Shown piece after piece: positions 1 to 10,800 of a DNA stretch of 64,000 nucleotides; positions within the stretch are counted from its first letter, which is position 1; the number at the start of each line of letters is the position of its first letter. Source of the DNA: an uncultured Gammaproteobacteria bacterium (lineage in GTDB: Bacteria; Pseudomonadota; Gammaproteobacteria; UBA6002). A program made the position numbers and the translations under genes. The notes under the pieces were generated by a model. That model worked only from the letters and a program-made list of their open reading frames with translations. It ran no database searches and was not told the origin of the DNA. Location of the stretch: positions 16,618 through 80,617 of the forward strand of contig CAVPKM010000001.1 in NCBI GenBank assembly GCA_963705725.1, read 5' to 3'.

Positions 1-165
1 ACTACACGCCAGAATCCCTGATAGGAAGACAAGTAGTTGGTTGTGTCACTTAGATGAGAAAAATATAGCTGGATTCACATGCCAAATTTGTATTGGTTGG
101 TTTCCCTGCAGTGGATGTATAATCACGGTTGAACCTGCGGTACCTATGGCAAGAAATTATTTTAA
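1..165 (+). pseudogene. csaA: 3' part of a tRNA-binding/CsaA-family gene, frameshifted and cut by the window edge
   Basis: Manual translation across frameshifts gives YTPESLIGRQVVGCV / LDEKNIAGF / VEPAVP / GKKLF-stop (TAA 163-165), matching the CsaA C-terminal pattern. The indels may be sequencing errors. Confidence 0.6.
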
Positions 166-171
166 AAAGAG

Positions 172-229
172 GTAACGGCTCGTCTCAGGAAGGAGACGTT
201 GAACAGACTCTTACCCCGTGAGCAGTTAC
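172..229. repeat. Short palindromic element with GTAAC-type terminal inverted repeats
   Basis: GTAACGGCTC (172-181) matches the reverse complement of GAGCAGTTAC (220-229) at 9/10. Inner hairpin CGTCTC/GAGACG. The right part recurs at 16297-16328. Confidence 0.7.
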
Positions 230-245
230 AAAAAGAGATGATCTA

Positions 246-389
246 ATGAATATGAAACAAAGACCACAACTCTCCGTTTACATTGCCACCAGCATTGATG
301 GGTATATTGCAAAAAAAGATGACGGGTTGGATTGGTTGGAGGCATTCGGTTTAGTCCAACTGCGATATGCGGTCAAGAATAATGGATGA
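246..389 (+). pseudogene. N-terminal fragment of a dihydrofolate reductase/RibD-C family protein
   Basis: MNMKQRPQLSVYIATSIDGYIAKKDDGLDWL is the typical N-terminus of this family. Similarity stops after ~32 codons and the frame closes at 389. Confidence 0.65.
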
Positions 390-1377
390 GCCCATTCTTA
401 AGCTTCATTGGGAGCGATTCAAAGCACATGTGGATTTAGATAATAGGACAATTGAAAAATTACTTTTGCCTTATTGTAATGATCCAATTAAGAATTTTGT
501 ACTGCTTTCCGAGGGATGTGCAAATACTAACTATAAACTTACTTTTCAAAATGATCGTCCTCCTCTTGTCATTCGCATTTACGCGAGAGAGAAATCTGCT
601 TTAAGACGTGAGGTGGCAATACATCGCTTAGTCGCGAATGCTATCCCTGTACCCGAACATTATTATTTTGATGATTCGTGTCAATTATATCCTTACGCCT
701 ATTCAATCATTGAATGGATAGATGGAACCTTGATGAGAGAAATCGTTTTATCCAAAAATGAGCAAGCTATCAGCGAAATTGTATTTGAAGCAGGTCAATA
801 TGTAGATGTGCTTAGAAATATTAAATTTGATAAAGGTGGGTTTTTTGATAAAAAATTATCTGTACGCCCATTTGCGCAAGAAGAAAAGTATCTGCCTTAT
901 GTATTGAATATGTTACAAGATAATATTATTAAAACTAGTTTGGGTGATTCTCTTTTAGATGCTGTTCAAACGCTTGTCGAAATAAATGCAAGTCTTTTGC
1001 CTGATTTAGATAACGCGAATCTAACACATGGTGATTATGATCCTGCTAATATCATGGTGAAATATTTTAATGGAACTTGGAAAATTTCTGCTGTTCTAGA
1101 TTGGGAATTTTCATATTCTGGAACTTATCTTTTGGATATGGGTTTGATGCTTCGCTACAGTCATAAATTACCTAAATATTATGAAGACAAATTTATTAAA
1201 GGAGTGGAATCAACTGGACACAAGTTGCCAAAGACTTGGAAAAAACAAGCAAAATTAATGGATTTGCTGTGCTTGTTACAATTAGTCCATTATAATCCAT
1301 ATCAAGAAAGACCGAAATTAAATCGTGATGTCGTATCGCTGATTACTAATACAGTTAATCATTGGAATTCATTTTGA
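367..1377 (+). CDS. Aminoglycoside phosphotransferase/choline kinase-like protein
   Basis: HGDYDPANI (Brenner motif) and LDWE motif, with N-terminal G-x-x-N-x-N-Y. Start may be ATG at 382. Confidence 0.85.
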   Translation: MRSRIMDEPILKLHWERFKAHVDLDNRTIEKLLLPYCNDPIKNFVLLSEGCANTNYKLTFQNDRPPLVIRIYAREKSALRREVAIHRLVANAIPVPEHYYFDDSCQLYPYAYSIIEWIDGTLMREIVLSKNEQAISEIVFEAGQYVDVLRNIKFDKGGFFDKKLSVRPFAQEEKYLPYVLNMLQDNIIKTSLGDSLLDAVQTLVEINASLLPDLDNANLTHGDYDPANIMVKYFNGTWKISAVLDWEFSYSGTYLLDMGLMLRYSHKLPKYYEDKFIKGVESTGHKLPKTWKKQAKLMDLLCLLQLVHYNPYQERPKLNRDVVSLITNTVNHWNSF

Positions 1378-1413
1378 GTAAACGCGATTCAATTGTTCAT
1401 CTTCTCACCATTT

Positions 1414-2100
1414 TCAGCGCAGATTATTATAAAATAATCCTTTTTCTACTAAGGAGACACTGTCGTTGCCGCCTATGATGATATGATCAAGGACTTTAAT
1501 GTCGAGAGCTTCGAGAGTGGAAGCTAATTCCTGGGTTGAGGAAATATCATTTTGACTAGGTGCGGGATCTCCAGATGGATGGTTATGAGCAAAGATTATT
1601 GCGCCCGCATTGAGCTCTAGGGCGGTTTGGGCAATAACTCGTGCGTAGATGGGGGTATGATGGATTGTGCCGTGAAACAGTTCTTTGTAATCAATAATTT
1701 GATGACGGATGTTTAGAAAGAGGCAGGCGAAGACCTCATGTCGATAATGATTAAGCTTGGTAATTAGGTATTCCTTGGCTTCTTTTGATTGAGTAAAATA
1801 TTTTTTTTCATTAATTGTTTCCCTTAAGCATCTTCTACCAAGCTCAAGCGCAGCTTGTAGCATGCTGAACTTTGCTTCTCCTAATCCTTTGGTCGTGATT
1901 TTTGTCTGCGGCGTGTTTAAGAGGCCATTAAGCGTTTTGAATTCAGTGAGCAGCTCTATGGCTAAATCAACGGCAGTTTTTCCCTTCCTGCCAGTGCGTA
2001 GAAAAATAGCAATGAGTTCGGCGTCTGAGAGCGTGCTTGGGCCCAGTTGTAGTAACTTTGAGCGTGGACGTAAATAATAAGGCCAATTAGAAATTTTCAT
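1414..2100 (-). CDS. radC: RadC (YicR) JAB-domain protein
   Basis: LSDAELIAIFLRTG, HNHPSGDPAPSQND and VLDHIIIG motifs; divergent from dut. Confidence 0.93.
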   Translation of the reverse strand: MKISNWPYYLRPRSKLLQLGPSTLSDAELIAIFLRTGRKGKTAVDLAIELLTEFKTLNGLLNTPQTKITTKGLGEAKFSMLQAALELGRRCLRETINEKKYFTQSKEAKEYLITKLNHYRHEVFACLFLNIRHQIIDYKELFHGTIHHTPIYARVIAQTALELNAGAIIFAHNHPSGDPAPSQNDISSTQELASTLEALDIKVLDHIIIGGNDSVSLVEKGLFYNNLR

Positions 2101-2187
2101 CGTTTCGTCTTTTATCGTGGCAGGAAGCTGTTATTTTCTATCGAATAATGCTCATTCTCAATACAGGGTTCTTATTCTTACTCATTA

Positions 2188-2196
2188 TGATAAAAT
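2188..2196 (+). promoter_or_regulatory. Possible extended -10 promoter for dut-algC-xth
   Basis: TGATAAAAT (TGn plus TAAAAT) ~40 bp before the likely dut start. AT-rich context makes a chance match possible. Confidence 0.35.
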
Positions 2197-2222
2197 CAGG
2201 TTTTTAAATTTGTTCGACCACT

Positions 2223-2693
2223 TTGAGTATTAAAATGTCAATTCAAATCGATCTTAAAATTTTAGATTCTAGGCTCGGGAATGAATTTCCCTTACCCCAA
2301 TATGCAACCTTAGGGTCAGCAGGTTTAGACCTTCGAGCCTGCATTGCAGAGCCTTTAGAGATTCGTCCATCTGGAGTGAACTTAATCCCTACAGGAATAG
2401 CCATTCATATTAAAGACCAATCCATGGCGGCCACGATCCTGCCGCGATCAGGCTTGGGTCATAAACATGGCATCGTATTAGGAAACTTGATTGGATTAAT
2501 CGATTCCGATTATCAAGGGCCAATATTAATTTCTTGCTGGAATCGAGGGGAGGACGACTACACCATCTATCCAGGGGATAGAATTGCCCAATTGGTAATT
2601 TTGCCCATTATGCGAGCCAATTTTAATGTGGTATCAGATTTTCAAGAAAGTGATCGCGGAACTGGTGGATTTGGAAGTACAGGACAAGCATGA
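2223..2693 (+). CDS. dut: dUTP diphosphatase
   Basis: [26 protein letters not shown] and [10 protein letters not shown] motifs. Likely start is ATG 2235. Confidence 0.97.
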   Translation: MSIKMSIQIDLKILDSRLGNEFPLPQYATLGSAGLDLRACIAEPLEIRPSGVNLIPTGIAIHIKDQSMAATILPRSGLGHKHGIVLGNLIGLIDSDYQGPILISCWNRGEDDYTIYPGDRIAQLVILPIMRANFNVVSDFQESDRGTGGFGSTGQA

Positions 2694-4087
2694 TGAATCA
2701 ATTTAAAATCACCACCAATCTGCCCGAAGGAATTTTTAGAGCTTATGATATACGAGGTATCGTTAATGAAACCCTCACCGCAGATGTGGTCTATACCATT
2801 GCTAAATCCCTTGCCGTGGAAGCTACTTTAAAAGAGCAAAAAACTATTGTGGTAGGAAGAGATGGTCGACTAACTAGCCCATTGTTTGCAGAAGCGATTA
2901 TCGCAGGATTACTAGATAGTGGTATCAACGTGATTGATATTGGTTGCATTCCTACCCCCATCCTTTATTTTGCTACCCATTTTTTACTCAGCACTTCAGG
3001 GATTATGGTGACTGGCAGTCACAATCCTGCTAACTATAATGGGTTAAAAATTGTATTAGATGGAAAAACGCTTGCTGATGAAGGAATTAAAAAACTCTAT
3101 CTGCGAGCCAAAAATAATGAATTTATAATTGGCACAGGCTCGTTGCTTACTATTGATATTGCCTCAGCTTACTTGACTAGAGTTGCCAGTGACATCAAAT
3201 TGAAGCGTGCTTTGAAAATTGTTGTCGATGCAGGTAATGGCATTACCGGGAAAGTGGCGCCAGACCTTTTTAGGCAGTTAGGTTGTGAAGTGGTTGAGCT
3301 TTTTTGTGAAGTGAATGGAGAATTCCCTAATCATCATCCCGATCCCAGTCAAGAAAAAAATCTTCAAGAACTTATCCGAACCGTTCAAGAGGAAAGGGCG
3401 GATCTCGGTTTTGCCTTTGATGGGGATGGAGATCGACTCGGGGTCATAACAAACAGCGGTGAAATAATCTGGCCAGATCGACAGCTTATGTGTTTTGCCT
3501 CTGAAATTCTAGAGAGGCGAAAAGGGGCAACAGTCTTGTTCGATGTAAAATGTTCTCAACATTTACCCCAAGTCATTTGTGAAAAACAGGGGATCCCCTT
3601 TATGTGGAAAACCGGGCACTCCTATATTAAAAATAAAATGAAAGAGGTCGGCGCTGAATTAGCTGGTGAAATGAGTGGCCATATCTTTTTTAAAGATCGC
3701 TGGTATGGGTTTGATGATGCCTTGTATAGCGGCGCGCGGTTGCTTGAAATTATTGCGAATCAAGAGATGGACGCGACCCAGTATTTTAACCTATTGCCAA
3801 ATAGCATCAATACACCAGAAATAAATGTGCCTATTTCAGATGATAAAAAATTTATTTTTATGGAAAAGCTTACTCAAATTGCATCATTCCCTAATGGAGC
3901 GGTCAACACAATTGATGGTTTACGAGTTGATTTTCCTTATGGGTTTGGTTTGGTTAGACCTTCAAATACTACACCGAATTTAGTTTTAAGGTTTGAAGCG
4001 GATTCGATAGAAAATCTTCTACGAATACAAGCTGACTTTAAAAATTATATTCTGGCAGTAGATAATTCATTACAAATTCAATTTTAA
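2690..4087 (+). CDS. algC: Phosphomannomutase/phosphoglucomutase
   Basis: [15 protein letters not shown] (catalytic Ser), FDGDGDR and GEMSGH motifs. Confidence 0.93.
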   Translation: MMNQFKITTNLPEGIFRAYDIRGIVNETLTADVVYTIAKSLAVEATLKEQKTIVVGRDGRLTSPLFAEAIIAGLLDSGINVIDIGCIPTPILYFATHFLLSTSGIMVTGSHNPANYNGLKIVLDGKTLADEGIKKLYLRAKNNEFIIGTGSLLTIDIASAYLTRVASDIKLKRALKIVVDAGNGITGKVAPDLFRQLGCEVVELFCEVNGEFPNHHPDPSQEKNLQELIRTVQEERADLGFAFDGDGDRLGVITNSGEIIWPDRQLMCFASEILERRKGATVLFDVKCSQHLPQVICEKQGIPFMWKTGHSYIKNKMKEVGAELAGEMSGHIFFKDRWYGFDDALYSGARLLEIIANQEMDATQYFNLLPNSINTPEINVPISDDKKFIFMEKLTQIASFPNGAVNTIDGLRVDFPYGFGLVRPSNTTPNLVLRFEADSIENLLRIQADFKNYILAVDNSLQIQF

Positions 4088-4089
4088 TT

Positions 4090-4869
4090 ATGAAAATGCG
4101 TGTTATTACATTAAATCTTAATGGCATACGTTCAGCTACCAAGAAAGGTTTTTTTGATTGGGTGTTGGCGCAAGGTGCGGATGTAATCTGTGTTCAAGAA
4201 ACAAAGGCACAAATGTTACATCTTCAAGATGAGTTATATCGACCGCCAGGGTATTTTTGCTATTTTTCAGATGCAGAAAAAAAGGGTTACAGCGGGGTAG
4301 GTATTTTTACTCGGAAAGAACCAGATAACATCAGCCAGGGATTAGGTTGGGATTGCCCAGATAAAGAAGGACGTTATATACAAGCTGATTTTGGTCAATT
4401 GAGCATTGCTTCTCTTTATATGCCTTCTGGAACAAGTGGTGAAGAAAGGCAACGCGTAAAATTTAATTTTTTAGATTGCTACCTAGAATCCCTGCTTAAG
4501 ATAAAGGAACAAAAAAAACATTTTATTATTTGTGGCGACTGGAATATTGCGCATAAACAAATCGATCTCAAAAATTGGCGCACTAATCAAAAAAATTCTG
4601 GTTTTTTGCCACAAGAGCGAGCCTGGATGGACAAATTGTTTAATGAAGTGGGTTGGGTTGATGCTTTCAGAGTAATTAACCAAGAGCCTGATCAATATAC
4701 ATGGTGGTCAAATTTTCGTAAATCCTGGGAAAATAATGTAGGGTGGCGCATAGATTATCAAGTCATTAGCCCTTCCTTAAAAGAAAAAGTTCGAGCCGTG
4801 TCGATTTATCGTGATCAAAAATTTTCAGATCATGCCCCGGTAATCATTGATTATGAATACGAATTGTAG
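4090..4869 (+). CDS. xth: Exodeoxyribonuclease III/AP endonuclease
   Basis: NLNGIRS, VQETK, GDWNIAH, GWRIDY and SDHAP motifs. Confidence 0.9.
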   Translation: MKMRVITLNLNGIRSATKKGFFDWVLAQGADVICVQETKAQMLHLQDELYRPPGYFCYFSDAEKKGYSGVGIFTRKEPDNISQGLGWDCPDKEGRYIQADFGQLSIASLYMPSGTSGEERQRVKFNFLDCYLESLLKIKEQKKHFIICGDWNIAHKQIDLKNWRTNQKNSGFLPQERAWMDKLFNEVGWVDAFRVINQEPDQYTWWSNFRKSWENNVGWRIDYQVISPSLKEKVRAVSIYRDQKFSDHAPVIIDYEYEL

Positions 4870-4870
4870 G

Positions 4871-5617
4871 CTAGGCGCAGGTTAGGGACAGCCCACTTGT
4901 GCCTATTCTAAAACGATTGGGATTGACCCAATCAACGCCTAGGATTTTTTTTGCTAAATCCATGTAGGTGCATGCCTGCTCGAAGCTGCGAATTCCTCCT
5001 GATGCTTTAAAGCCTACCTCTTGGTTATGAGCCTTAATGGCAAGTAACATGACACTCGCTCCTTCAATCGTTGCTCCTTGCTTGCTTTTTCCAGTCGAAG
5101 TTTTGATAAAATTCACCTCGCAATCGAGAATTTTTAAACAAAGTGAATAGAGTTTAGCAAGATCAGTGAATTCGCTTGTTTCTATGATGACTTTTAAAAT
5201 GGTGTGGTCACAAGCTTTTTTGGCTGCTTGAATATAGTTAATGGCGGCGCTTTGTTGTCCATTTAAATAGGATTGATAAGGAAAAACCATGTCGATTTCA
5301 TCTGCGCCGGATTGGATAGCTAATTCTATATTTTTAAGAGAGTCAGAGAGACTCTCTTGTCCAGATGGAAAATTTGCAACTGAAGTAATTTTTACCGATG
5401 AGTGCATGAGTAGCTGAGCAACTAAGGCAACATTATGTGGATAGATGCAAACGGTTGCCACGCTCCCGTAAGAAGAATTCGCTTTTAAACAAAGGTTCAT
5501 CAGGCTTTCTTCAGACTCTGAAGGATTTAAGCTGGTTAAATCCACATAGGACATCACTTCTTTAATTTCAGCAGGGGTAAGTAGAGTGGGGTGTTCCTTT
5601 TTAATATATTCTGCCAT
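4871..5617 (-). CDS. deoC: Deoxyribose-phosphate aldolase
   Basis: DLTSLN, GADEIDMV, LKVIIET, FIKTSTGK and GFKASGGIR motifs. Confidence 0.95.
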   Translation of the reverse strand: MAEYIKKEHPTLLTPAEIKEVMSYVDLTSLNPSESEESLMNLCLKANSSYGSVATVCIYPHNVALVAQLLMHSSVKITSVANFPSGQESLSDSLKNIELAIQSGADEIDMVFPYQSYLNGQQSAAINYIQAAKKACDHTILKVIIETSEFTDLAKLYSLCLKILDCEVNFIKTSTGKSKQGATIEGASVMLLAIKAHNQEVGFKASGGIRSFEQACTYMDLAKKILGVDWVNPNRFRIGTSGLSLTCA

Positions 5618-5627
5618 TGATGCTTCC

Positions 5628-6344
5628 CTATAATTCCAATGCTGCTTTCTGCTGACGGGTAATTTCTATAATTCCTGTTTTTGCCAGTTGCATGAGTGTT
5701 TGAAGTTCTGTTTCATGTAAGGCTTTGCCTTCGGCAGTGCCTTGTACCTCGATGAAATCACCTTGCTCCGTCATAACAATATTCATATCTGTTTCAGCTT
5801 TTGAATCTTCTACATAGTCCAAATCAAGTAGGCTTTCATTTTTAAAAATTCCTACCGAGACGGCAGCGACTAAATTTTTAAAAGGCGAAGTAGTAATCCA
5901 TTTTTTTTGTTTCATATATCTAATCGCATCATATAAAGCCACGCATGCTCCGGAAATTGAAGCCGTGCGAGTGCCGCCATCGGCTTGAATCACATCGCAG
6001 TCCACCATAATCGTAAATTCACCCAGTGCTTTAAGATCGATTGCAGCGCGTAGAGATCTTCCGATAAGTCGTTGTATTTCAACTGTTCTACCCGATTGCT
6101 TACCCTTAACTGATTCACGATCGACACGTTGTGAGGTAGCGCGAGGTAGCATACTGTATTCAGCGGTTAACCAGCCTTGCCCGGAATCTTTTAAAAATCG
6201 CGGTGTGCCAGGAGTCACACTAGCATTGCAAATTATTTTGGTATGCCCAAATTCAACTAGAACAGAGCCTTCGGCATATTTTGTAAATTGACGAGTAAAT
6301 TGAATGGGTCTTAACTGATTGGCCATTCTTTGATTTGAGCGCAT
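5628..6344 (-). CDS. rph: Ribonuclease PH
   Basis: [31 protein letters not shown] and [10 protein letters not shown] motifs. Start moved to ATG 6344 (MRSNQR), preceded by GGAG. Confidence 0.97.
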   Translation of the reverse strand: MRSNQRMANQLRPIQFTRQFTKYAEGSVLVEFGHTKIICNASVTPGTPRFLKDSGQGWLTAEYSMLPRATSQRVDRESVKGKQSGRTVEIQRLIGRSLRAAIDLKALGEFTIMVDCDVIQADGGTRTASISGACVALYDAIRYMKQKKWITTSPFKNLVAAVSVGIFKNESLLDLDYVEDSKAETDMNIVMTEQGDFIEVQGTAEGKALHETELQTLMQLAKTGIIEITRQQKAALEL

Positions 6345-6464
6345 GCTTGCTTCTCCGATAAGATAAAACATGCGAGTATACTGAAAAGATGCAATGTCCG
6401 GCAATCTTGTGAGCGATATTCACAATTTTCAAGTATGATATGGCAATTAGAAATTGGAGTGTGG

Positions 6465-7328
6465 ATGATGATAGCTAGTATGACTGGTTTTGGGCGAAGT
6501 CAAGAAAAAATTAGTTGGGGAGTAGCAATCTGGGAAGTGCGGTCAGTGAATCATCGTTATCTTGAGATTAGTCTTCGATTGCCTGAGATATTTCGAGAAT
6601 TAGAACAGGTCATCAGAGAAATTCTTTACAAACATGTACACAGAGGGAAAATAGAAGTTTTTTTACGATTTCAACCTGATGCGAGTTTTGCAAATCTCAC
6701 AATCAATCAAGCATTATTGGATTATCTTATTGAATCTTCACAAGCTGTGATGACAAGACTGCCCAGCGCTGAGATTAACGCGGTAGATTTATTGGCATGG
6801 CAAGGAGTCATGACAGAAGGGCAGCTAGATTTGAAAAAGATGAGAGAACCCTTGTTAGCACTTTTTGAAAAGGCGACAGAAGAGTTAAAAGCAGGGAGAG
6901 AGCGAGAAGGGCAATTGTTGGCTAACGCAATAGAAGTTAGACTCACTGCTTTGAGTAATGAGATCATTAAAATCCAGTCGCTTTTGCCCCGAATGGTTAA
7001 CAAACAGCGTGAAAAAATTATTCAACGCATGGAAGAAATAAAAATAAATTTGGATCCACAACGTTTTGAGCAAGAAATGGTTTACTATGGACAGCGTCTG
7101 GATGTTTCCGAAGAAATTGATCGTACGCTATCACATATAATCGAAATTAAACGTGCTCTTGGCCATTCTCAACCGGCGGGTCGACGCTTGGATTTTATGA
7201 TGCAAGAACTTAACCGGGAAGCGAATACTTTAGCCTCGAAATCGACAGATTCAGATATCACCCATGCTGCAGTTGAAATGAAGGTATTAATCGAACAAAT
7301 GCGAGAACAGGTACAGAATATTGAATAA
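6465..7328 (+). CDS. yicC: YicC/YloC family endoribonuclease
   Basis: [32 protein letters not shown] and EQVQNIE motifs; divergent from rph as usual. Start moved to ATG 6465. Confidence 0.95.
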   Translation: MMIASMTGFGRSQEKISWGVAIWEVRSVNHRYLEISLRLPEIFRELEQVIREILYKHVHRGKIEVFLRFQPDASFANLTINQALLDYLIESSQAVMTRLPSAEINAVDLLAWQGVMTEGQLDLKKMREPLLALFEKATEELKAGREREGQLLANAIEVRLTALSNEIIKIQSLLPRMVNKQREKIIQRMEEIKINLDPQRFEQEMVYYGQRLDVSEEIDRTLSHIIEIKRALGHSQPAGRRLDFMMQELNREANTLASKSTDSDITHAAVEMKVLIEQMREQVQNIE

Positions 7329-7955
7329 ATTTTCAGTAAATTATAGAGGTTCGCTATTTATTATCGCTGCTGCTTCTGGGTCGGGCAAAACGAGCTTGGT
7401 TGAGGCCTTGATTCAATCAATGGAAGATATCCAAGTATCTGTTTCACATACCACAAGACTCCTCGCAACGGCGAGCAACAAGGTGGTCACTATTTCTTTA
7501 TTCATAAACAACAGTTCCTCAATTTAATCGCGATCGATGAATTTATTGAACATGCGGAAGTATTTGGCGATTATTATGGCACATCAAGAACATGGGTTGA
7601 AGAAACGCTCAAGAAAGGTGTGGATGTAATATTAGAAATCGATTGGCAGGGAGCTGCGCAAATACGTAAACAATTTCCGGAAAGTACGGCAATTTTTATT
7701 TTGCCGCCTTCAAAAGAAATACTGCGTCAAAGACTGCTGAAAAGACAGCAAGATTCACTCGATATCATTGAACAGCGGGTTGCGGCAGCCAACAAAGAGA
7801 TTTCTCATTGTTTTGAATTTGATTACTTAGTGGTAAACCAGGATTTTGATCATGCATTAACAGATCTCAAAGCGATTATTCGAGCAAGAAGATTGGCGTG
7901 CAGCTTGCAAGTTAAAAGATATAGCGAATTACTGGAAGATCTGCTGCAAAATTAG
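7321..7955 (+). CDS. gmk: Guanylate kinase, split by one frameshift near 7457 (probable sequencing indel)
   Basis: SGSGKTS and SVSHTTR in frame 1, then [20 protein letters not shown] and LEIDWQGA in the shifted frame. Confidence 0.92.
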
Positions 7956-7991
7956 TAAAATGGTAGTTTACATTAAAAAAACGGTGGAAAA

Positions 7992-8204
7992 ATGGCGCGT
8001 ATAACTGTTGAAGATTGCTTAAAAAATATACCCAATCGCTTTGAATTAGTCCTTGCGGCTGCAAAACGTGCTCGTCAGATAGAAGAAGGTAGAGATCCGA
8101 CCCTGCCTAGAAACAATGATAAAGCTACGGTTATTGCACTTCGCGAAATTGCTGAAGAAAGGATTACTCGCAATATTTTAGAAGAAGCGGGTTCTACGAG
8201 TTAA
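7992..8204 (+). CDS. rpoZ: RNA polymerase omega subunit
   Basis: [33 protein letters not shown]; lies between gmk and spoT. Confidence 0.97.
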   Translation: MARITVEDCLKNIPNRFELVLAAAKRARQIEEGRDPTLPRNNDKATVIALREIAEERITRNILEEAGSTS

Positions 8205-8260
8205 ATCCTTTTCACATCGAGCAATGCCACCGTAAAATTATTTTTTTCGACGGAGGTCTC

Positions 8261-10392
8261 GTGCGGCTTTTTAAAAAATTACGTCGCAAATTATATTATT
8301 TATCTGAAAAACAGATAGAAGAAATTTATCATGCCTACCTAACTGCCGCAATGGCCCATGAAGGCCAAAATCGGTTCACTGGTGATCCTTATATCACTCA
8401 TCCCGTTGCTGTTGCTTGTATTCTGGCAGATATCCAAATGGACAAACAAAGCATTATGGCTGCTTTACTGCATGATGTGATTGAAGATACCGATATCAAT
8501 AAAAAAATGCTTGCAGAAGAGTTTGGACACCAGGTGGCAGAGCTAGTTGATGGGGTGAGTAAGCTAACTAAGATTGAGTTTAAAAGTCGCGCAGAAGCGC
8601 AAGCAGAAAATTTTCGAAAAATGCTGTTAGCGATGGCGAAAGATATTCGCGTCATCATTGTTAAACTTGCCGATCGGCTGCACAACATGCGTACATTAGA
8701 GCCTTTGAAACCGGTTAAAAGAAGGCGAATTGCACTAGAAACATTGGAAATTTTTGCGCCTGTTGCCAATCGACTCGGTATGCATAGTTTTTATGTTGAG
8801 TTAGAAGAGCTTGGCTTTGAAGCACTTTACCCCAAGCGGTATGCGGTTTTGCGTGAAGCAGTGCAGCGTGCACGAGGTAACCGTAAAGAAATTTTGAGTA
8901 TTCTCTTCGAGTCGATAAAAAATGAAATTGCGACACATCAATTGTTGCATTGCGAGGTCATAGGCCGGGAAAAACATCTTTATAGTATTTACAAAAAAAT
9001 GCGCAATAAACATCTTTCTTTTAATGAAATAATGGATGTCTATGCTTTTCGAATCATTGTCGATGTATCGATAATTGTTATCGAGTGTGGGAATAATTCA
9101 CGGTCTTTATAAACCACTTACTGAGCGTTTTAAAGATTATATCGCTATTCCGAAGGCGAATTGCTATCAATCGCTACATACTACCTTGTTTGGACCCTAT
9201 GGGGTACCGATTGAGATACAGATTCGTACTACAGAAATGGATGAAATGGCTAACTTTGGGATAGCGGCGCATTGGCTTTATAAAATTGGAGAAAAATCCG
9301 CCCCTAACACACAAGCACGTGCACAAAAATGGGTGAAAAATTTACTAGAAATGCAACAGAGCACGGGAAGTTCGCTTGAGTTTATTGAAAATGTGAAAGT
9401 CGATCTATTCCCCGAAGAAGTTTATGTCTTTACACCGCAAGGTGAAATCATGGAATTACCAAATGGCTCGACACCAGTGGATTATGCTTATGCTGTTCAC
9501 ACCGATATCGGTAATACTTGTGTGGCGACGAAAATAGATCGACAGCTAGCGCCTTTGTCCACATTATTATTAAATGGGCAAACAGTCGAAATTATCACTT
9601 CTAAAGCGGCAAGGCCCAATCCCGCTTGGCTGGATTTTGTCATAACCGGCAAGGCAAGAAGTAGTATTCGTCATTTCTTAAAATCCAACAACGGGTAGAA
9701 TCCATTGCACTTGGAAAACAGCTTTTGAACAAGGCATTAGCAGGAATGTCCCTTTCCATTCAAAAAAATCCCACAGGAAACCTTTCTTGCCTTTTTGGGC
9801 GAAACTGCACTTGAGTCAGTTGATGATTTATTTGAGGATTTAGGATTAGGTAATCGCGTTCCCCAGCTCGTTGCGTATCGTTTGGCAGAAGTGAATAATC
9901 ATCCATCAGAATCATTAAATGAAGTGCAGCCTGCCAAGCCTTTGTTCATTAAGGGAACAGAAGGGATGGTCATGCACTTTGCTAAACTGCTGCTATCCTA
10001 TACCAGGAGATCCTATCGTCGGTTTATTTCAAGCAGGTCAAGGAGTGATTGTTCATACTGGTCAATGCAATCGTATTGCTAAAATATGTAATGAACCAGA
10101 TCGGTGCATGTTAGTCAGATGGTCCTCAGAAATCAAAAGTGATTTCCCAGTCATGATTGAAGTTGAGGTCTTAAATGAAAAGGGTTCCCTTGCGGCAATG
10201 GCTATGTCCATTGCAGATGCTGAAGCAAATATTGATGATATTCACATTAATGAAAGAGATGGTCATCATTATCTGGTGACATTTAAGCTTATGGTACGAA
10301 ACCGTGTGCATTTAGCGAGGGTGATTCGTTTATTAAGAAAATTGAGACAAGTCATTCATATACGAAGAGGTAAGTCATCATCTCTTCTTTAG
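8261..10392 (+). CDS. spoT: Bifunctional (p)ppGpp synthetase/hydrolase, broken into four ORFs by frameshifts (probable sequencing indels)
   Basis: HD domain (HDVIED, KLADRLHNMRT), synthetase (FKDYIAIPK, YQSLHT, EIQIRT), TGS (VFTPQG), CC-x-P-x-PGD and ACT domains are spread across ORFs 8261-9112, 9075-9698, 9795-10082 and 9919-10392. Confidence 0.93.
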
Positions 10393-10416
10393 CATTATTT
10401 AAATCAGGAGAAAAAA

Positions 10417-10800
10417 GTGAAACAAGTCATTAGAACAGCTTTCGCTCCCAAGGCGATTGGAACCTACTCACAAGCAGTAAAAGCGGGTAACACAGTTTAT
10501 ATATCAGGTCAAATACCCTTAGTTGCGGACACCATGGAGCTGATCTCAGATCAATTTGAAGAACAAATTAATCAAGTCTTTAAAAACCTAGAGAAAATTA
10601 CAGATGCAGCAGGTGGAAAATTAAAGGATGTGGTTAAACTCACTGTTTATTTATTAGATCTCAATAATTTTTCGGTCATCAACGATGTTATGTCGCGTTA
10701 TTTTGACGAACCTTATCCAGCAAGAGCTGCGATTGGAGTGAGCGCATTGCCAAGAAATGCTCAAGTTGAAATCGATGCAATTATGGTAATTAATGACTGA
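10417..10800 (+). CDS. ridA: RidA/YjgF/UK114 enamine-imine deaminase
   Basis: APKAIGTYSQAV, ISGQIPL, PYPARAAIGV and LP-x-x-A-x-VEID motifs. Confidence 0.93.
   Translation: MKQVIRTAFAPKAIGTYSQAVKAGNTVYISGQIPLVADTMELISDQFEEQINQVFKNLEKITDAAGGKLKDVVKLTVYLLDLNNFSVINDVMSRYFDEPYPARAAIGVSALPRNAQVEIDAIMVIND

Noticed and set aside
367-1377. Aminoglycoside resistance gene
   Set aside because: Only generic APH/choline-kinase motifs are visible. There is no integron or transposon context, and the substrate is unknown.
1414-2100. radC as a marker of a mobile element
   Set aside because: It is the full-length chromosomal form next to dut, its normal location.
7321-10392. Programmed frameshifting or true pseudogenisation of gmk and spoT
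   Set aside because: Scattered single-base indels across unrelated genes fit sequencing error better, and there is no consistent slippery site with a stimulatory structure.
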